A stretch of 64,000 bases of DNA from a phage. The notes beneath the pieces were generated by a model. The model saw only the letters and a list, made by a program, of their open reading frames with translations, was not told where the DNA came from and did not search any database. The position numbers were made by a program, and so were the translations under genes. Below, piece by piece: positions 52,670 to 61,799 of this stretch (positions are counted from its first letter, which is position 1; every line of letters begins with the position of its first letter). The stretch is taken from the sequence record PZ445435.1, one strand, 5' to 3'.

Positions 52670-53289
52670 TCAACTACCTCAATATCATAAACTTTAAATG
52701 TTCCAAATGAATCGTGTAATTTTTCTTTTGAAATAGAAGTTATTCTATACTTTCCAATTGGAATCATCCATTCCTGTTCACGCACAATCATCATTAAGTT
52801 ATCAGTACGCTCTGAATCTAGCCCATCAGTATCTTCATACGTATACTTAAACTCAGTATTAGGAGAAGAAAGTATAATATCGCTGATATGGTCAGAATAA
52901 TTAAAAGCTTTATCAGTTTTTAAGCGAAGTATTATTTTAGTAAAATATTCAGCATAAGAAAAAGAACATGCTGTGAGCAAACTAGTAGTAAATGAATCTA
53001 CTCTATTCGTTGAAAACACTTCTCCAACTTGTAAATCTTTAATAAGTTCTTCTGTTGATTTTGATATACCACGATATAACTGATAAGGCGATTTAGTTAA
53101 ATGCTTTTTAACGATTTTATTCAACTGCTGATGAAGAGCTTCATTCTTTTTAGCTTCCATACATTGCCAAAGAATTGACTGCTCAAAGTCAGTAAATTTT
53201 TCACAGACTTTTTTATACATATCATATTGAAAATCAACGCTTTCAGCTTTTATAGATAACTGTTCAACATCTGCAAGATTAATAATCAT
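52666..53289 (-). CDS. modB: ADP-ribosyltransferase ModB
   Basis: 207 aa. Confidence 0.75.
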   Translation of the reverse strand: MIINLADVEQLSIKAESVDFQYDMYKKVCEKFTDFEQSILWQCMEAKKNEALHQQLNKIVKKHLTKSPYQLYRGISKSTEELIKDLQVGEVFSTNRVDSFTTSLLTACSFSYAEYFTKIILRLKTDKAFNYSDHISDIILSSPNTEFKYTYEDTDGLDSERTDNLMMIVREQEWMIPIGKYRITSISKEKLHDSFGTFKVYDIEVVE

Positions 53290-53315
53290 GATAGCCTCCG
53301 TATACTTCAGAAGCT

Positions 53316-53345
53316 ATCATATCATTGTTAGGAAGGAAAGTAAAC
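53316..53345 (-). promoter_or_regulatory. candidate T4-type early promoter
   Basis: GTTTAC with weaker -10. Confidence 0.4.
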
Positions 53346-53356
53346 AACTTTTTGAA

Positions 53357-53539
53357 TTATTTTGCCCAGGGAGCCCAGGGCGGAGGGTCAAGATGGTATG
53401 AAGCTAGTTCTTCTAGAAGAGCATCTGGGGCTTCAATTCCATAATTCTGTAATACTATACGGTACTCTTTCTTATAATCACTAGAATCATTCTGGATATT
53501 CGTAGAATGATTATCTTCTAACATCTCAAATAAATCCAT
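53357..53539 (-). CDS. hypothetical protein (60 aa)
   Basis: ORF track. Confidence 0.35.
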   Translation of the reverse strand: MDLFEMLEDNHSTNIQNDSSDYKKEYRIVLQNYGIEAPDALLEELASYHLDPPPWAPWAK

Positions 53540-53547
53540 ATTAATTC

Positions 53548-54018
53548 CTAGCGATAAAAACCAAAATGACGATTAGCTTCAGCAATCTTTCTTTCTTCTT
53601 CGGACATTCTCCATCGTAGTCCAACATCAAAATGAGCCCAGACCATCCTAACAAATGCATTTATATCTTTAATATCTTCAATAATGAATGTTTTACTTTT
53701 AGAAGGTTGACTCGCTAATTTAACTTTATCGTCTTCAAACATGTCAAAAAGACCATATTCATGAGCTCTTTTATAGCCTTTAATAGTTAAAGCTTCAGAA
53801 GAAGAAAATGGTGAATCTGTATTCTGCAAAATATCTTCAGTATGCTTTATAATTAGAATAATATTTTCTGGATATTTTCTTTCTTTTATATCTTTAATTA
53901 AAATATCCGGATTTTCTGCTAAAGGAATAATTAATGAGCATTTTTTATCAAGTGTATTTACTGATTTACCTTCTTTAGACATAAATTCTATTGAATAATG
54001 TTTTGCTACTTCAATCAT
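53548..54018 (-). CDS. hypothetical protein (156 aa)
   Basis: ORF track. Confidence 0.45.
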   Translation of the reverse strand: MIEVAKHYSIEFMSKEGKSVNTLDKKCSLIIPLAENPDILIKDIKERKYPENIILIIKHTEDILQNTDSPFSSSEALTIKGYKRAHEYGLFDMFEDDKVKLASQPSKSKTFIIEDIKDINAFVRMVWAHFDVGLRWRMSEEERKIAEANRHFGFYR

Positions 54019-54171
54019 GGGATTTCCTTTTGCCTACTAATGGACCATCGGGAATTTTGTTTTCCTGGATATATTTCTCATTTTCTTCCATCATTTTACT
54101 GCCAATTTTAAGAAGCAAATCTAAGGCTTCATTTGCTTTAGCTTTAGCCTCTTCTAACGTCATGTTCTTGT

Positions 54172-54375
54172 TCATGATTTATCCCCATAGATGTCTCTCA
54201 TCAATTTAAGTGCTGAGCGTTCTAATTTCTTTTCTTTCTCAGCACTAATCATTGATTTCATCCATTCTTCCGATTCGTTCTGCATTTCTTTATTTGCCTG
54301 TTCAACCCAACCATCGTCAATATACATTGAGTTTGGTCTATTGAACCATTCAAGCATTTTCTTCAGAACTTTCAT
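54172..54375 (-). CDS. hypothetical protein (67 aa)
   Basis: ORF track. Confidence 0.4.
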   Translation of the reverse strand: MKVLKKMLEWFNRPNSMYIDDGWVEQANKEMQNESEEWMKSMISAEKEKKLERSALKLMRDIYGDKS

Positions 54376-54847
54376 TTGTTTTACCTAAAACAATAGTAGG
54401 AGCATCGTCAAATTCATGAATTTTTAGCAATTTTGGATTTAAATTATTCCATACATAATAAATAAAGTATGATAAAGCATCTTCACTCGCAATTATAAAT
54501 TTATTTCCTTCATTTATTTTCCAGTCATATACTGAATCGTACGAATAAAAAGATAAAGGATTACCATTATATTGTTCTGCGCTAACATTAATGTATTCGG
54601 ATTTAGTAAATGCTTCAATTGCTCTAAACGGACTATTTGGCACAGTTTCAATAATTCCGATCTTTTTAAGTTTTATTTCAACATCTTCTGGAACTGGCAT
54701 TGAAACGAAATTTTCTACGAGATACATAGGGTTACAATAACCCTTATCAATCACTACGGCTACAGTAATTGGAACATCTTTAGCAAACGACATGCTATTA
54801 CTGCTAATATACATTTCAAACAAAATTGCTTCCATAATTTTCCTCAA
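54350..54847 (-). CDS. hypothetical protein (165 aa)
   Basis: ORF track. Confidence 0.45.
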   Translation of the reverse strand: MRKIMEAILFEMYISSNSMSFAKDVPITVAVVIDKGYCNPMYLVENFVSMPVPEDVEIKLKKIGIIETVPNSPFRAIEAFTKSEYINVSAEQYNGNPLSFYSYDSVYDWKINEGNKFIIASEDALSYFIYYVWNNLNPKLLKIHEFDDAPTIVLGKTNESSEENA

Positions 54848-55185
54848 TCACAAGATGTAGATGAACAGCTAGAATCACAAGAACTTCCGCATGAATCACC
54901 TGCCCATACATGAACAGGGACATTTGTATCATATGAATCAGAACTAGACTGTGTATTCTGTGCATTAGATGATGTAGTAGGTACTGACCAGCGCCAAGGA
55001 TTTTTATAATATTCTTGGGCTTCTTCATAAGTCATAGTAACTGCTTCTACTGTTCCATCTCCCATATAAACATACTCAACTACAGTTAAAGGAAGGTAGT
55101 CATTTGAAATAGGAACTACACCTTCTCCCGGAGTTGTAGAGAAAAAATCTGTAAAGAAATTTTTAAACCAATTAAAGATAAACAT
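54844..55185 (-). CDS. hypothetical protein with Cys/Ser-rich C-terminal tail (113 aa)
   Basis: C-terminus [15 protein letters not shown]. Confidence 0.45.
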   Translation of the reverse strand: MFIFNWFKNFFTDFFSTTPGEGVVPISNDYLPLTVVEYVYMGDGTVEAVTMTYEEAQEYYKNPWRWSVPTTSSNAQNTQSSSDSYDTNVPVHVWAGDSCGSSCDSSCSSTSCD

Positions 55186-55397
55186 TACAAAAAGCCTCTT
55201 TGAAATTCGACTCTTTGAAATCCACCCCAGTCAGTATATCGCATTTCAGCATTGAACTCGACTGAACCATCTGCATGCATCATGAATGAATGCGTGACGA
55301 CATCACAATCCCAGCTTTTCATACCCCATTTATCAGAGATAGCTTTATCAAGAACCTTCTGAAGGTCTTCATTTGGTTTAATCCAACGATTTAACAT
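55185..55397 (-). CDS. hypothetical protein (70 aa)
   Basis: ORF track. Confidence 0.4.
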   Translation of the reverse strand: MLNRWIKPNEDLQKVLDKAISDKWGMKSWDCDVVTHSFMMHADGSVEFNAEMRYTDWGGFQRVEFQRGFL

Positions 55398-55423
55398 AGT
55401 GTTCTCCTCTATAAGATATTTTT

Positions 55424-55453
55424 ATTATACCACACTCATTTTGACATGTAAAC
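55424..55453 (-). promoter_or_regulatory. T4-type early promoter (GTTTACA, 18 nt, TATAAT)
   Basis: Consensus elements. Confidence 0.6.
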
Positions 55454-55461
55454 CATAAAAT

Positions 55462-55488
55462 GAAAAAAGGAATCCCGAAGGATTCCTT
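55462..55488 (-). terminator. rho-independent terminator downstream of soc
   Basis: GGAATCC-UUCG-GGAUUCC perfect stem followed by U6. Confidence 0.75.
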
Positions 55489-55495
55489 AAATTAT

Positions 55496-55753
55496 TTAAC
55501 CACCTACACCTGGTGTAGGTGTAACAGTCCAAAGACCTTCATTAGCAGTGATCCATTCAGTACGTTGATTTTCTTCATATACTGTAGAATATGCTGCTTT
55601 TTCAGAAGGGAATGTCTGATAATGAGCACCAGAAATTTTGTGAACATCAGAATAAAGAGGGAAAGCTACAGAAATTTCTTTACCCTGAATTGTACCACCA
55701 TCAACTGCTTGGTCAAATGTTTTAATATTAACATAACCGCGAGTACTAGCCAT
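55496..55753 (-). CDS. soc: small outer capsid protein Soc
   Basis: Matches recalled T4 Soc. Confidence 0.85.
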   Translation of the reverse strand: MASTRGYVNIKTFDQAVDGGTIQGKEISVAFPLYSDVHKISGAHYQTFPSEKAAYSTVYEENQRTEWITANEGLWTVTPTPGVGG

Positions 55754-55769
55754 GTAATTCTCCTTTTAT

Positions 55770-55979
55770 TTAAATTACATGATTATTTATAATAAATTCT
55801 CGCGGAACGTTAAAATACCCGATTTTAGTTAATATAACAACATCGCCGTTAATAATTACCGGAGAATAATCTTCTGGAGCATTAAATTTCCAATGGGCTC
55901 TAATATTATATCCATCAGAACCAAATGCTCGAGTAGCCGGTCTCCCGGCTTTTTGCCACGCGTAGAAATCAAATTTCAT
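55770..55979 (-). CDS. hypothetical protein (69 aa)
   Basis: ORF track. Confidence 0.4.
   Translation of the reverse strand: MKFDFYAWQKAGRPATRAFGSDGYNIRAHWKFNAPEDYSPVIINGDVVILTKIGYFNVPREFIINNHVI
55784..55791 (-). promoter_or_regulatory. late promoter TATAAATA for soc
   Basis: Exact consensus about 30 nt upstream of soc ATG. Confidence 0.6.
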
Positions 55980-56170
55980 TTTGAATGCTCTATAATTAAT
56001 TTTAAAGCTTCTTCACTGACAAAAATTTCGTCAGGACCTTCTATAACTTCAACCATACGAAGTTGATTAGTTAAGAGCTCACATACGAGCTCCTTGTTAT
56101 AATCTTTAAATAGCTGGTCAATACGTTTCTTATGGGCTTTCTTAAGCTGACGCTTATTTAAACGAGCCAT
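55976..56170 (-). CDS. hypothetical protein (64 aa)
   Basis: ORF track. Confidence 0.4.
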   Translation of the reverse strand: MARLNKRQLKKAHKKRIDQLFKDYNKELVCELLTNQLRMVEVIEGPDEIFVSEEALKLIIEHSK

Positions 56171-56688
56171 TAATAACCTCGGTCTTGACGAGCGAAGTTT
56201 TCAGCATTTTTCAGATAATAAAGTTTAAATATTTCTTCAGCTGACATTCCAAGAGCAATGAATTTATTCATGAAAAAGTGAAATTGATCAATCAGTTCAA
56301 ATTTAATTTCAAGTTGATCTTCAGGAGATAAGTCTTGAATTTTCTTGGATTGCATTTCAGAATAACGTTTCTTCCAAGGTTTCCATACGGCAGAAGCTTC
56401 TTTTTCACCATTACTCATACCACCAAGAGAAGTATATAGCTCGCGAGTTTCATCTGCGATATAATCGTCTTGGTTTCGCAACCAAGCAAGAACTTCTCCT
56501 GCAGTTTCAAGTGAATCGGGATGACGATTTGTTTCTGGTTTATCATTAGCCAAACGAATCTGTAAATGCCGCTGCATATCAAGCATAACCTGCAATGGGT
56601 CAATACTGTGCATAATATACTCAGCATATGCACGATTTGCTTTATCAACACCTTCGATCAAATGAGCACATTCATTAAAGTGAGCCAT
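56170..56688 (-). CDS. 56: dCTPase/dUTPase gp56 (MazG-like pyrophosphatase)
   Basis: 172 aa from internal ATG with AAGGA SD; track N-terminal extension is hydrophobic. Confidence 0.75.
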   Translation of the reverse strand: MAHFNECAHLIEGVDKANRAYAEYIMHSIDPLQVMLDMQRHLQIRLANDKPETNRHPDSLETAGEVLAWLRNQDDYIADETRELYTSLGGMSNGEKEASAVWKPWKKRYSEMQSKKIQDLSPEDQLEIKFELIDQFHFFMNKFIALGMSAEEIFKLYYLKNAENFARQDRGY

Positions 56689-56759
56689 TATTTTTCCTTT
56701 CAATTCATGGGTTAGTAGATTAATTATACAATAAATATATAAAGCAATAAGGAGGACAT

Positions 56760-56960
56760 ATGGTACAAAAATTAATGGCACTTGTTAATGCCATAAAAGG
56801 TAATAAGAAACGTATAGCTTTTACTATTTCTGCTATGGTAGGAATTTTACTCTGGAACTTTATTTTATCACCTGTTGCAATTGCACATGGTATTAATATT
56901 CCAGTAGTTACTCTTGATACATTCGTAGATTTAGCATTTGCTTTAGTTGGGTTAATTTAA
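56760..56960 (+). CDS. small membrane protein (66 aa) on plus strand in the 56-61 gap
   Basis: Strong AAGGAGG SD 7 nt upstream of ATG; two hydrophobic segments. Confidence 0.35.
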   Translation: MVQKLMALVNAIKGNKKRIAFTISAMVGILLWNFILSPVAIAHGINIPVVTLDTFVDLAFALVGLI

Positions 56961-57985
56961 ATCTTAGCATATTTAGATAGCCGCATTTTAGCCATCAACC
57001 CCTGGGCAATATTATTTTTCATATATTCCATAATTTGTTCAGGGGTTGCACCTTCCTTTCTAATCATATCATTAACATCTTTTGATTTCCAGGGAGATTT
57101 ATCCCAAAACATAACCCTTTCTCCTGCATCAACTAATTTAGTCATTCGTTTGATAGTGTCAGGGTGACGAGGTTCATTATCTAAAACCCACACTCGTCTA
57201 TCTTTAAATGGAACAACTTCTAGGTCTAATTGACCACCCGTAATAGCTATACCATTTTCAATAAAAAGTGAATCTATAGGTCCTTCTAGAACATATACAT
57301 CACCATCTTTAACTCGTTCGACTCCATATATTTTTGTTGCCTCAGGATAAGCTTTGATGGTGATATATTTTTGAGGAGCATCTTTCTTTAATGCACGTCC
57401 TTGAAAAGACTCAGCTTTTCCATTAGCATTATAAATTGGAATAACAAGACGAGGCTCAGAAATTTCCTTTTTGTATGTTCCCGGTGCTATGCTATTAACT
57501 AATTTAGGCCATTCGGTTGTAAACCAAAGATATTTCCATTTATCCTTTGGAATACAACGAGCTTTTACATATTTTATAATTGGATGGTCTTCCGCCAGTT
57601 TATCTAATCTAACGCATGACGGAAGAGATTTAATTATTTTCTTCTCAGGTTGTTTAGGAAGTTCTTTAGGTTTTTCTACTGGACGACTTTTACCTTTTTC
57701 TTTTCTTATTTCAAAGATATACTCACGATATAAATCAGGTTCAAACTCCTTTAAATATATTCCGATTGGTGCATGATAGTTACAGTTATAACAATGAATA
57801 TTTCCTTCATTATTATCACCATAATACCATCCACGAGCTTTATTCTGGTCGGTTTTTGAATCTCCACAAACAGGGCATCTAAACCGTAATTTAAAAGTTG
57901 AACTATTATTTACTTGTGTGAATTTAGGTAAATGAGCTAATGCACGGTATGCAAACTCATTATCAATCCAAGGTATTGATGACAT
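56957..57985 (-). CDS. 61: DNA primase gp61
   Basis: 342 aa; N-terminal CxxC...CxxC zinc ribbon plus TOPRIM. Confidence 0.9.
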   Translation of the reverse strand: MSSIPWIDNEFAYRALAHLPKFTQVNNSSTFKLRFRCPVCGDSKTDQNKARGWYYGDNNEGNIHCYNCNYHAPIGIYLKEFEPDLYREYIFEIRKEKGKSRPVEKPKELPKQPEKKIIKSLPSCVRLDKLAEDHPIIKYVKARCIPKDKWKYLWFTTEWPKLVNSIAPGTYKKEISEPRLVIPIYNANGKAESFQGRALKKDAPQKYITIKAYPEATKIYGVERVKDGDVYVLEGPIDSLFIENGIAITGGQLDLEVVPFKDRRVWVLDNEPRHPDTIKRMTKLVDAGERVMFWDKSPWKSKDVNDMIRKEGATPEQIMEYMKNNIAQGLMAKMRLSKYAKI

Positions 57986-57987
57986 TT

Positions 57988-58152
57988 TTACTCTTCTTTT
58001 TCTTTAGATTCCTCTTTTTTCTTTTTAGGAATCTGTTCAGGACCTTTATTTACTACAGCGCCTGACGTTGTTCCAGTAGAGATATTTTCAGGATTACCAC
58101 CTGAATCTCCAGCGACCATATCTTCTTTGATAAATTCTTTATATGTTTTCAT
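57988..58152 (-). CDS. small hydrophilic Lys/Glu-rich ORF (54 aa, not in track)
   Basis: Own translation. Confidence 0.3.
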   Translation of the reverse strand: MKTYKEFIKEDMVAGDSGGNPENISTGTTSGAVVNKGPEQIPKKKKEESKEKEE

Positions 58153-58153
58153 A

Positions 58154-58510
58154 TTAACCTCTATTCATAAAAGCATTAAAAATTTGGTCATCAATAGATG
58201 GTGCAGTAATATTTTCTGCATCATTTAGCAAATCATTAATTTCATCAGATAGCATAACACATGTACCTTTATTTCCTGTAATTGTTACTGCACAATTACG
58301 AACGTTTTCTTTATCAAATTTTAGGTTAATATTTTCGTAGTGAAAATCCTTTAATGCCGAATATATCTTTAAAATAAAATTGTCTTTTACTACAATAAAC
58401 CCAACCTCACTATTAAAACGTGGTTCATGGAAACTGTAATAAACCTTTTCATCTATAAAATCGTATGAAATTTTTTCCATTTTTAAATATGAAAATTCAG
58501 AACTATACAT
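58154..58510 (-). CDS. hypothetical protein (118 aa), single-domain paralogue of next ORF
   Basis: Shares FIVVKDN-type core and C-terminal SIDDQIFNAFMNRG with 215-aa neighbour. Confidence 0.5.
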   Translation of the reverse strand: MYSSEFSYLKMEKISYDFIDEKVYYSFHEPRFNSEVGFIVVKDNFILKIYSALKDFHYENINLKFDKENVRNCAVTITGNKGTCVMLSDEINDLLNDAENITAPSIDDQIFNAFMNRG

Positions 58511-58511
58511 A

Positions 58512-59159
58512 TTAACCTTTATTCATAAAAGCATTAAAAATTTGATCGTCAATAGAAACTTTTACTTTAGGCTGTTCTTCAAACGGTAATTCATATCCAC
58601 ATATTACAATTTTGTGATCGATACCAAAATACACAGAAGCAATATGATTAATATTATTTTCAGTGAAATCTAAATCAACATCAATATCTTTTTGACTAAC
58701 GCTCAAAGGATAATTAATACGAATAATTCGATTATCTTTAACAAAGATTCCACCGACATACTCTGTGTTGCGTTTAAAGTTTACACGTTTCCTAAATGAA
58801 AAATATTCAGGTTCTTTATGAGCCCGACTCATAGGACACAATGAGTAGCTAGAATAAGAGATGTCAAATCCTACACCTTCAATATGAATATGAGCCAACG
58901 TGTCATGATTAAACCAATTATAATCATATGCCAAATCCATTATATTGTAATATGTGAAAGGCACCGGATTAACATCATATGTTGTACCTTTAAAATCTGC
59001 CCAGGCAACGATTTCGTTATCTTTAACAATTACAAAAATTGTGCCAATAAGATATCCACGGTTATTTTCATCAGGTGTTATATTATAACATTGTGCATCA
59101 GGAAATTTACCGTATTTAAACGGTGGATTTTTGTGCATATAATAAATCATATTATTCAC
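58512..59159 (-). CDS. hypothetical protein (215 aa), two-domain paralogue
   Basis: Internal duplication; identical C-terminal 14-aa module. Confidence 0.5.
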   Translation of the reverse strand: MNNMIYYMHKNPPFKYGKFPDAQCYNITPDENNRGYLIGTIFVIVKDNEIVAWADFKGTTYDVNPVPFTYYNIMDLAYDYNWFNHDTLAHIHIEGVGFDISYSSYSLCPMSRAHKEPEYFSFRKRVNFKRNTEYVGGIFVKDNRIIRINYPLSVSQKDIDVDLDFTENNINHIASVYFGIDHKIVICGYELPFEEQPKVKVSIDDQIFNAFMNKG

Positions 59160-59445
59160 CTGTGATTTCGGTTACGATATTTTTGTTATTAAAGTTTTTA
59201 TCGCAATACAGAACATAATTATACTGCATTACACCACCAGACTTAAGTTGTTTTTGCACTTCAGCTTTCATTTCAGGACGATCGCGCTCAACGATATTCA
59301 TAATATCTGCTTCAATTTGGGTTTCAACTTCAGTCTGATCCGCAGTCATAGACCATTCGCACAAATCTTTATCATAGCCTGCCATAGCAGGCTGAGCAGC
59401 ACAAGAAGCCAAAGTAAAAATTGTAGCAAAAATAAATTTTTTCAT
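59152..59445 (-). CDS. sp: probable Spackle (periplasmic superinfection-exclusion protein)
   Basis: 97 aa with cleavable signal peptide; position between 61 and 41. Confidence 0.55.
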   Translation of the reverse strand: MKKFIFATIFTLASCAAQPAMAGYDKDLCEWSMTADQTEVETQIEADIMNIVERDRPEMKAEVQKQLKSGGVMQYNYVLYCDKNFNNKNIVTEITGE

Positions 59446-59505
59446 GATAATCTCCTCAGTAGTTTATGTTTATATAGTATCTCAATTTCCAACAAAAGTA
59501 AACAG

Positions 59506-59805
59506 CTATTTTAAAACTTCTGCATAATCACATGTTACAAACTGTTTCTCTAGCTTGACGATTTTACGAAAGTATCTTTTGCATTGGCGAATCTGTCGCT
59601 TCGTGGGGCGAACAGCAAACTTAATAAATTCCACTCGACCAAATGGAGGACTTTCTTCTGCTGGAATATCTAACACCAATTCCCACGTATCTGCAATAAG
59701 TGCTTTGAATTGAGTATTTTTCCTGACGTTATACGGAGTAGGTTTAAATAAAACAATATGCATATTATCCTCGGCAATCCACTTCGCACACTTTCTTGTC
59801 ATCAA
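59506..59805 (-). CDS. hypothetical protein (99 aa)
   Basis: ORF track. Confidence 0.45.
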   Translation of the reverse strand: MMTRKCAKWIAEDNMHIVLFKPTPYNVRKNTQFKALIADTWELVLDIPAEESPPFGRVEFIKFAVRPTKRQIRQCKRYFRKIVKLEKQFVTCDYAEVLK

Positions 59806-59947
59806 TGAAAGCTTTAACTAATGCTTTATTAACTTCAGCATATTGAGTAGTAGCCCATTGAACGTCATCTTTCATCATTGTGATTTCTTTAGTAAACATG
59901 CTTTCATTCTTAAACCACCCCATAAAAACTACCTTTACCAATTCCAT
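59765..59947 (-). CDS. hypothetical protein (60 aa)
   Basis: ORF track. Confidence 0.4.
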   Translation of the reverse strand: MELVKVVFMGWFKNESMFTKEITMMKDDVQWATTQYAEVNKALVKAFIDDKKVCEVDCRG

Positions 59948-59976
59948 AACAATCTCCTCATTTAACCAACAAGACT

Positions 59977-60006
59977 ACTATACCATAGTCTTGTCAGCTT
60001 GTAAAC
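59977..60006 (-). promoter_or_regulatory. T4-type early promoter (GTTTACA, TATAGT within inverted repeat AAGACTA...TAGTCTT)
   Basis: Motif and spacing; overlaps gene 41 stop. Confidence 0.55.
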
Positions 60007-61433
60007 TAAAATTTTAATTCATTTGCCAAAGCATCTAACTGAGCTCGAGTGGATTCATTTCTTTGATAGCGATTCTGCTCAGCCTGAATCTGTTGTGAAC
60101 CTGCTACTTCACTCACTTCAGTTGGAGTAGAATCTTGTTCAATTTCTACCCATTTTTGATTTCCTTTTTGAACACCCATCAAAAACTTATTCCACTTATT
60201 CTTATCACCATATCGTGATTTGATTTGCTTAATGAGTTGTTGTTCAGCAGCTGCTAGCTCCTCGGTTTCAATGACCGCAAGCATAAAATCAGCTGTTGCT
60301 GGAAGACCAGCAGATTCTGCAATATCGCTCATGTTAACATCGGAAGAGTCCCAAGCTTGTTTACCAACCTGTGCTGCAGTCCAAAGAACAGTTTCGGTTT
60401 CAACAGCCAGAGCACGCAATTCCTCTGCGATAGCTTTAACAGTTGTGTAACTATTTTCTGAATAAACTCTAATGCGGCAAGATTTACAAATACCTAGATA
60501 GTCGACAATAATGATTGTTGGAACAAAATTCTTCTTGAGCTTTAATTCATTTAAAAGTGATCGAAATGTATTAGCGTCTGCTCCACCAGTAGGATATTGC
60601 TTAACGATTAAACGACCAAGGGTAGATTTCTCACGCCATTTTTCCATTTTTCCTTTATACTCAGCGTAAGAAATATGCCCATCATCAATGTCATCAAGAG
60701 AAACATCGAGCATGTTAGCATCAATACGTTTAGCACAGACTTCTTCTGCCATTTCCATGGAGATATAAAGAACGTTATGACCAAGCTGCAAATAATCTGC
60801 TGCCAATGAACACAGACCTAATGACTTACCAACGTTAACGCCAGCCATTAAAACGTTCAGTGTTCCAGTCTCAGCTCCACCTTTCGTAATTTTGTTTAGA
60901 ATTCTGAGTTTAAATGGAACCTTACGAGCTTTATTCATATAAGATAGCCAACGCGCTTCATAGTCATCCATCCAATCATGACCAACGTAGCTATCAAATG
61001 AAATTGATAATGCTTGGCGCATGATGTCAGGAATAGCACCTACATCTGGCATTTTCTTATTTCGTTTTTCCGGAGGAAGCTCAGCATTAGTTTGAATTTC
61101 GATTATTTTAGACGTAGCATTAAACATCGCCCTTTGCTGAACATATTTTTCTGTTTCTTTTACTAACCAGCTGTGGTCTTCTGGAGAATCAGCCAGTTTT
61201 GAAATAAGTGTTTTTACACCAGAATATTCTGTTTCAGTAAATGAACTATTTTCTAATGCAACATTTAACGCATTAATAGATGGAACGCTATGATACTCAT
61301 TAACATGAGATTTAATTAATTTGAATGTATTTTTAGCTGGACCACTTTCAAAATATTCTGAATCCATATATGGCCAAACTTTTGAAAAATAAGCTTGATC
61401 AAATATGAGATGAGAAAGAATAATTTCTACCAC
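60006..61433 (-). CDS. 41: replicative DNA helicase gp41 (DnaB family)
   Basis: 475 aa; GVNVGKS Walker A; GTG start codon. Confidence 0.95.
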   Translation of the reverse strand: MVEIILSHLIFDQAYFSKVWPYMDSEYFESGPAKNTFKLIKSHVNEYHSVPSINALNVALENSSFTETEYSGVKTLISKLADSPEDHSWLVKETEKYVQQRAMFNATSKIIEIQTNAELPPEKRNKKMPDVGAIPDIMRQALSISFDSYVGHDWMDDYEARWLSYMNKARKVPFKLRILNKITKGGAETGTLNVLMAGVNVGKSLGLCSLAADYLQLGHNVLYISMEMAEEVCAKRIDANMLDVSLDDIDDGHISYAEYKGKMEKWREKSTLGRLIVKQYPTGGADANTFRSLLNELKLKKNFVPTIIIVDYLGICKSCRIRVYSENSYTTVKAIAEELRALAVETETVLWTAAQVGKQAWDSSDVNMSDIAESAGLPATADFMLAVIETEELAAAEQQLIKQIKSRYGDKNKWNKFLMGVQKGNQKWVEIEQDSTPTEVSEVAGSQQIQAEQNRYQRNESTRAQLDALANELKF

Positions 61434-61442
61434 ACTTACTCC

Positions 61443-61799
61443 TTAAAAGAATTTAAATTTTTTCTTTGACCTTTTATTAAATGCATCTTGCAGTTGCATT
61501 GTAATACATTTTTCTACATGAGGAGCTAACTCAGCTTTTCTTTCTTGGTCAAGAACAGCAAAGTCCATTACGACTTTTCCATCAACCCAATCTAATTTTG
61601 TCACATACACAATGTGTGTAGAACCATCTTCTAGTTTAATGACAATCTCCTGGATAACATTTTCCATGGCAGATTTAATTATCTTAAGAGATTCATTAAA
61701 AAGACGTTCTTTTCTTTCTTCTTCCCCCTCCGAAGAGGGGGATTCATCGATAATTTCTAAATCTAAATCATCTTTACTCATTAAATTCTTCCATATCAC
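61443..61799 (-). CDS. 40: probable gp40 (head vertex assembly), by synteny
   Basis: 118 aa between 41 and uvsX. Confidence 0.5.
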   Translation of the reverse strand: MIWKNLMSKDDLDLEIIDESPSSEGEEERKERLFNESLKIIKSAMENVIQEIVIKLEDGSTHIVYVTKLDWVDGKVVMDFAVLDQERKAELAPHVEKCITMQLQDAFNKRSKKKFKFF

